Shown piece by piece: positions 60,250 to 64,000 of a DNA stretch of 64,000 bases; within the stretch, counting starts at the first letter, position 1; the number at the start of each line of letters is the position of its first letter. Below the pieces are notes generated by a model, which was not told the DNA's origin, did no database searches, and saw only the letters and a list, made by a program, of their open reading frames with translations. Made by a program: the position numbers and the translations under genes. The DNA is from Camelus ferus (lineage: Eukaryota), in the NCBI RefSeq assembly GCF_009834535.1, contig NC_045697.1, forward strand, positions 36,706,001 to 36,770,000. The letters run 5' to 3'.

Positions 60250-60800
60250 CAACATTAATTCAGCATTTCTATTTGCCAGGTATGGTGCTAAGTGTTTTTA
60301 CATGCATGATTCCCTTCATAAGCCACTCACTGTCGAGTATTTTGTTATAGCAGTCTGAGCTAAAGAAACTGGGGATCCCTAAAATAATGCTGCCAGTCTT
60401 TATGGGACACAGTTGGGAGGGAGTGTGTTCGAGGTCAGCATCTGTATCAGACTGACAGGTACCGTACACGGCAACCGTGCTGGGCTCTGGGCATCTTTGA
60501 CTGAGTGAGCCAGCACAGAACCACTCTGCAGTGTGACACAACGGTAAACAGGGCGTAACTGCAGTCTGCCAGCATCCTCTGCTTAGAGCGACAGCTGACC
60601 TCACCGAGGACTTGCTGTGTGTGGGCTGGGCCCTGTCCTGAACACTTCATGGATTATTAACCCGACTGAACAGGGGAGGAAACCGGAATGCACATCAGTT
60701 ATGGCATATCACGTGTGGTCCAGGTTCCACAGCAGGTAACACGGCACCAGAACTCACACGCAGGCAGTCTGGCTCCTGGGCCCCTGACCACAACGCCGCC
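60250..60800 (-). mobile_element. MIR fragments (about 60250-60330 and 60590-60800)
   Basis: ttgccaggtatggtgctaagtgtttttacatgcatg...; gaggaaaccggaatgcac...caggcagtctggctcc. Confidence 0.55.
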
Positions 60801-61449
60801 TCCTCTTTAATGCAGCTTGCAATGGAGTTTGGCTGCAGAGAGAAACGCACCCTCTAGTCCCACCAACAGCAACCAGATATGAAAGAAGCCACCGAAATTC
60901 ACCTGGCTTGGCCCTCAGCCACAACCCAGGGAAGATGCTATTTTTTCAATAGATGAAATAACCAAGGCTCTTAGGTTAAAAAGAAAAGAAAAGAAACTTA
61001 TCCAATAAATGGTGGCTGAACCAACAAGCACTTATTATATGTGTGTTCAGCTTGGTGGGAGCCTGGTGGACCATAAACTAGAAAAGCCCAGGTGGTGTGG
61101 TGGGGCCTCCTCTGTGAGCCTGGCCCCACCATGCAGAACTCCTGGGGCCTGGCACACCACTTGTTTGCTGGTGGTTGTGCTAACGGGCTGGCCTGGTCCA
61201 GCAGGCAGCTGGGAGCCTCTCCTACACACCTCCAGCCCCTTGCCTGGCTCCATGAAGCAGCGCACAAGGAGGCTGCCAACATCCCATCTGACACCTACCG
61301 CAAGCAAGAAGAGCTTTAGAGAAGTGGCCCTTGGGCTGGGTTATGGGGACTCCTGCAGAGAGGAGTGAACCAAAGGGCCAGCTCTCAGCAGGACTTGGTG
61401 GGGACAGCCCATGAGCCTGGTTCTTCTCTTGTTGAGCACGAAGTGAAGA

Positions 61450-62200
61450 GGCTGATGGGGACTCCATGGTGGGGAACTTCAAGCAATCCACAACCTATGT
61501 TCCCTGAAATTCGGGGAGACTGATATTCTCACCTAAAATGTCTAAAAGCCAGTGTGGGACGGAGTAGCAGCTTGCCTGAGAAAGGTCAATGCTTGCTGAG
61601 TTTGGGATGGGGCGGGCAAGGATGCATGATTGTTATCCAGCCAAATGTGGACCCTGAGGAAGGGAGCTGGTGGTGGGTCATTTCCAAAGGAATCCTGCAC
61701 AAGAGAGCCTCCCTCCAGAGGGATGAGGTGACCCCAACAGAGAACCAACCAGAAGACAAGAGACGAGGGGAGGGGGCAATTGAAGCCAGTCAAAGCAGAT
61801 ACTGCCTCAGGAATGTTGGATGTGAAATCCTCAGTGCTGGGGACCCCAGGAACCCAAGGAAGAGCAAGCTTTGGAGCACACAGCATGCAGAGGACACTGA
61901 TGCTAAATTGCAGTGACAACTTTGCCCTTGTCCTCTAATTCACCCAACCCCATCCTGACCCTTGAGAGCAAAACAACACCTAGAAGTGAGGTCTAGTGAA
62001 AAGGGGAGAAGAAAATGACTGTATCCTCATTCACTGCCCCTTGCCTGAGGCAAGCCAGAGCTGGAGGAGGAGAAAACATTCTCATTGGGTGAGAGTTCAG
62101 AGCTTAAATACTGGATGAGGCTGGACTTTAATATTTGAAATTGACCAAAAAAGCTATGAGATCTGCCTGAGATTTTACCCAATGGGTATTGAAGAATAAT
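61450..62200 (+). mobile_element. Ancient LTR (LTR78 / mammalian Gypsy-like), family tentative
   Basis: 3' part ggaggaggagaaaac...ctggactttaatatttgaaattgaccaaaaaagctatgagatctgcctgag resembles recalled LTR78-class consensus. Confidence 0.4.
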
Positions 62201-63134
62201 TCAAGTTTTCAAAGTATCTGATGGGAAACGGTGAAAAAGGAAAAGGTTGCTTTCTAGTCAGAATTACTGATGTTCAATTCATTCATTTATACATACTCAT
62301 ACACTATATGCACAAAGACACACACACACACACACACATCTCTCTTTGCATATTAATTCATAAGCATAAGGATGTCCAAAAAAGGCAGATTGGTGCTATA
62401 TGATACTGTATTATAATAGGAGTAATAGGAGTATTGTAAGAGAAAGTCAAATCAATGAAGGGTGAAGCAAATGCCAAGAATATGTCTTGGATCCTTGGAG
62501 AGAGAGCATGACCCTATGTCAAGAACTTGTCATTGAAAACTCAACACATGACAAGTACACAGATTATGAGAAGAGGATAGTACTTGGGAATAGGTACCCA
62601 GGCTGAAAACTCAGTGTGGTTGGTCAATGCAGGGCCAAGTGTCCATTTCGTAACAGGTGATCAATTATTTCATTTATGTTAGTAGGCACTGTGTGAGCAC
62701 GCACAATGTGCTTGGAACCACCGGGATACCTGGGGAATCTTTTCAAATAATAAGTGTTCCCATCACCTGAGTGGAATTTCTTATACTCTTGACTCATAAA
62801 ATATAACAGGTTGCCTTCTCTTAAAAGACCCTATCCTTCTCAGAGTAGATATTTTGTATAGTTACAGAACACTAATTTTCTAATAGAATCTCTCTTTTGA
62901 CAAGGCAGAAAGATGTGTGTAATACGGTAAAAATCAGTATCATCTACGAAGGAACTGCAGACTAGCCAGTAGGTCCTGGGTGGGGGGCTGTCCTTCACTT
63001 TGGTACTCAGGGATCGCCTTAGAGAAACTTTAGCTGCCAGCTCTCAGAACACTTTATACATTTTAGATGAAACATTTTTGACTGCACACAGAGTTTAGAA
63101 GAAAGTCTATTGATTAAGCAATGTCTCAATCTTA

Positions 63135-63590
63135 GCCATAATACTAAACCTTGTGTGTTTAATTTAAGTAGAAAAGAATAATCTCAAGTACAAAGGCTTA
63201 CGTGAGATGAAGGCTTGTTTATCTCTTATGTAGAAGTCCGGAGTGAAGCAGTGGTCTTGGGTGTCAACGGTTCTACTCCACGAGCTCATCCATGCACCAG
63301 GCTTGGAATCTCTGCTCTTATCAAATGTGGCTTCCACTTCTGGGTCCAAGAATGCTGCTCCAATGCCACTGTCACCATTTCTCACTGGTTAGGGATCCCC
63401 CCCGTGGTGACCACGTAACTTCGTTTCACATATCCTTGGCCCAAAAGTGGTCACAAGGCCACAAGTAAGGCTGGATAATATGGTTTGTAACTAGGCACCA
63501 ACACGCCCATGAAACACAGGAGTTCTGTTACTAAATAAAAAATGAGAGAGTGGATACAGAGAGTGGCAGCGGGGACAGAAGTCTCCTCTG
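63135..63590 (-). mobile_element. MLT1J-like MaLR LTR
   Basis: ggcttacgtgagatgaaggcttgtttatctcttatgtagaagtcc...gtccaagaatgctgctcc...catatccttggcccaaaagtggtcacaaggccac. Confidence 0.7.
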
Positions 63591-64000
63591 AAATTCAGTA
63601 ATTACTAGAAAGAAATGGAGCCCATAATTTCACTTAACACTTACTGGGTGTTTCCTGTGGGCCAGGATTCTAATTTGGTATAGAGACAACCTTCCAAGAA
63701 AAAAAGGCTTTGTCAGTGTGATGCCTTTAAAAGGAAAAAAATCCCAACATGTTTTAACTAAACTCACAGATAGGACCAACCCTTACATACTCATTTCCCT
63801 GTGGGAAATCACAGCAGAGGCCACCCCTCTCTCTTCTCACCTGGCATCAATTGAATTAAAATACCTTGAACACCCGCAGGTGACACAGCAAGGGATGAGC
63901 TCGTGGTGACATGAAGTTTGTAATGGCTCTGCTGCTAGATACAACGTTGTGTGACTCCGGAGAAATAACAGGCGGGGCCTGGGTTTCTGGTTCATGAATT

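Overview
Non-coding mammalian genomic DNA (intergenic or deep intronic), CpG-depleted, with no CpG island, no recognisable protein-coding exon and no functional RNA gene. Much of the window is decayed transposable elements: L2, MIR, L1M/HAL1, MaLR (MLT1), ERVL (MLT2, LTR16, LTR33), ERV1 solo LTRs, hAT (MER5, MER33, MER58, MER91) and Tigger (MER2, Tigger1 derivative). Repeat names come from recalled consensus sequences, not alignments, so subfamily names and most boundaries are approximate. One tRNA-Ala-derived SINE (vic-1 type), cetartiodactyl-type L1 3' ends and LTRs, and no recognised Alu, BovB/Bov-tA, PRE1 or SINEC point to a camelid. The ORF-track entries look like chance ORFs, and one is strand-mislabelled. 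The most unusual items are: (1) a ~340-bp element made of an L1 5' end joined directly to an L1 3' end and flanked by its own TSD, a candidate non-autonomous L1-derived family; (2) a poly(A)-tailed retrocopy of a non-coding transcript end with a perfect 17-bp TSD, inserted inside a Tigger1 MITE; (3) a serial inversion-duplication at the microsatellite tail of an MLT2 LTR; (4) several repeat-free, motif-dense blocks that may be enhancers. I cannot support a new multi-component biological system from this sequence.
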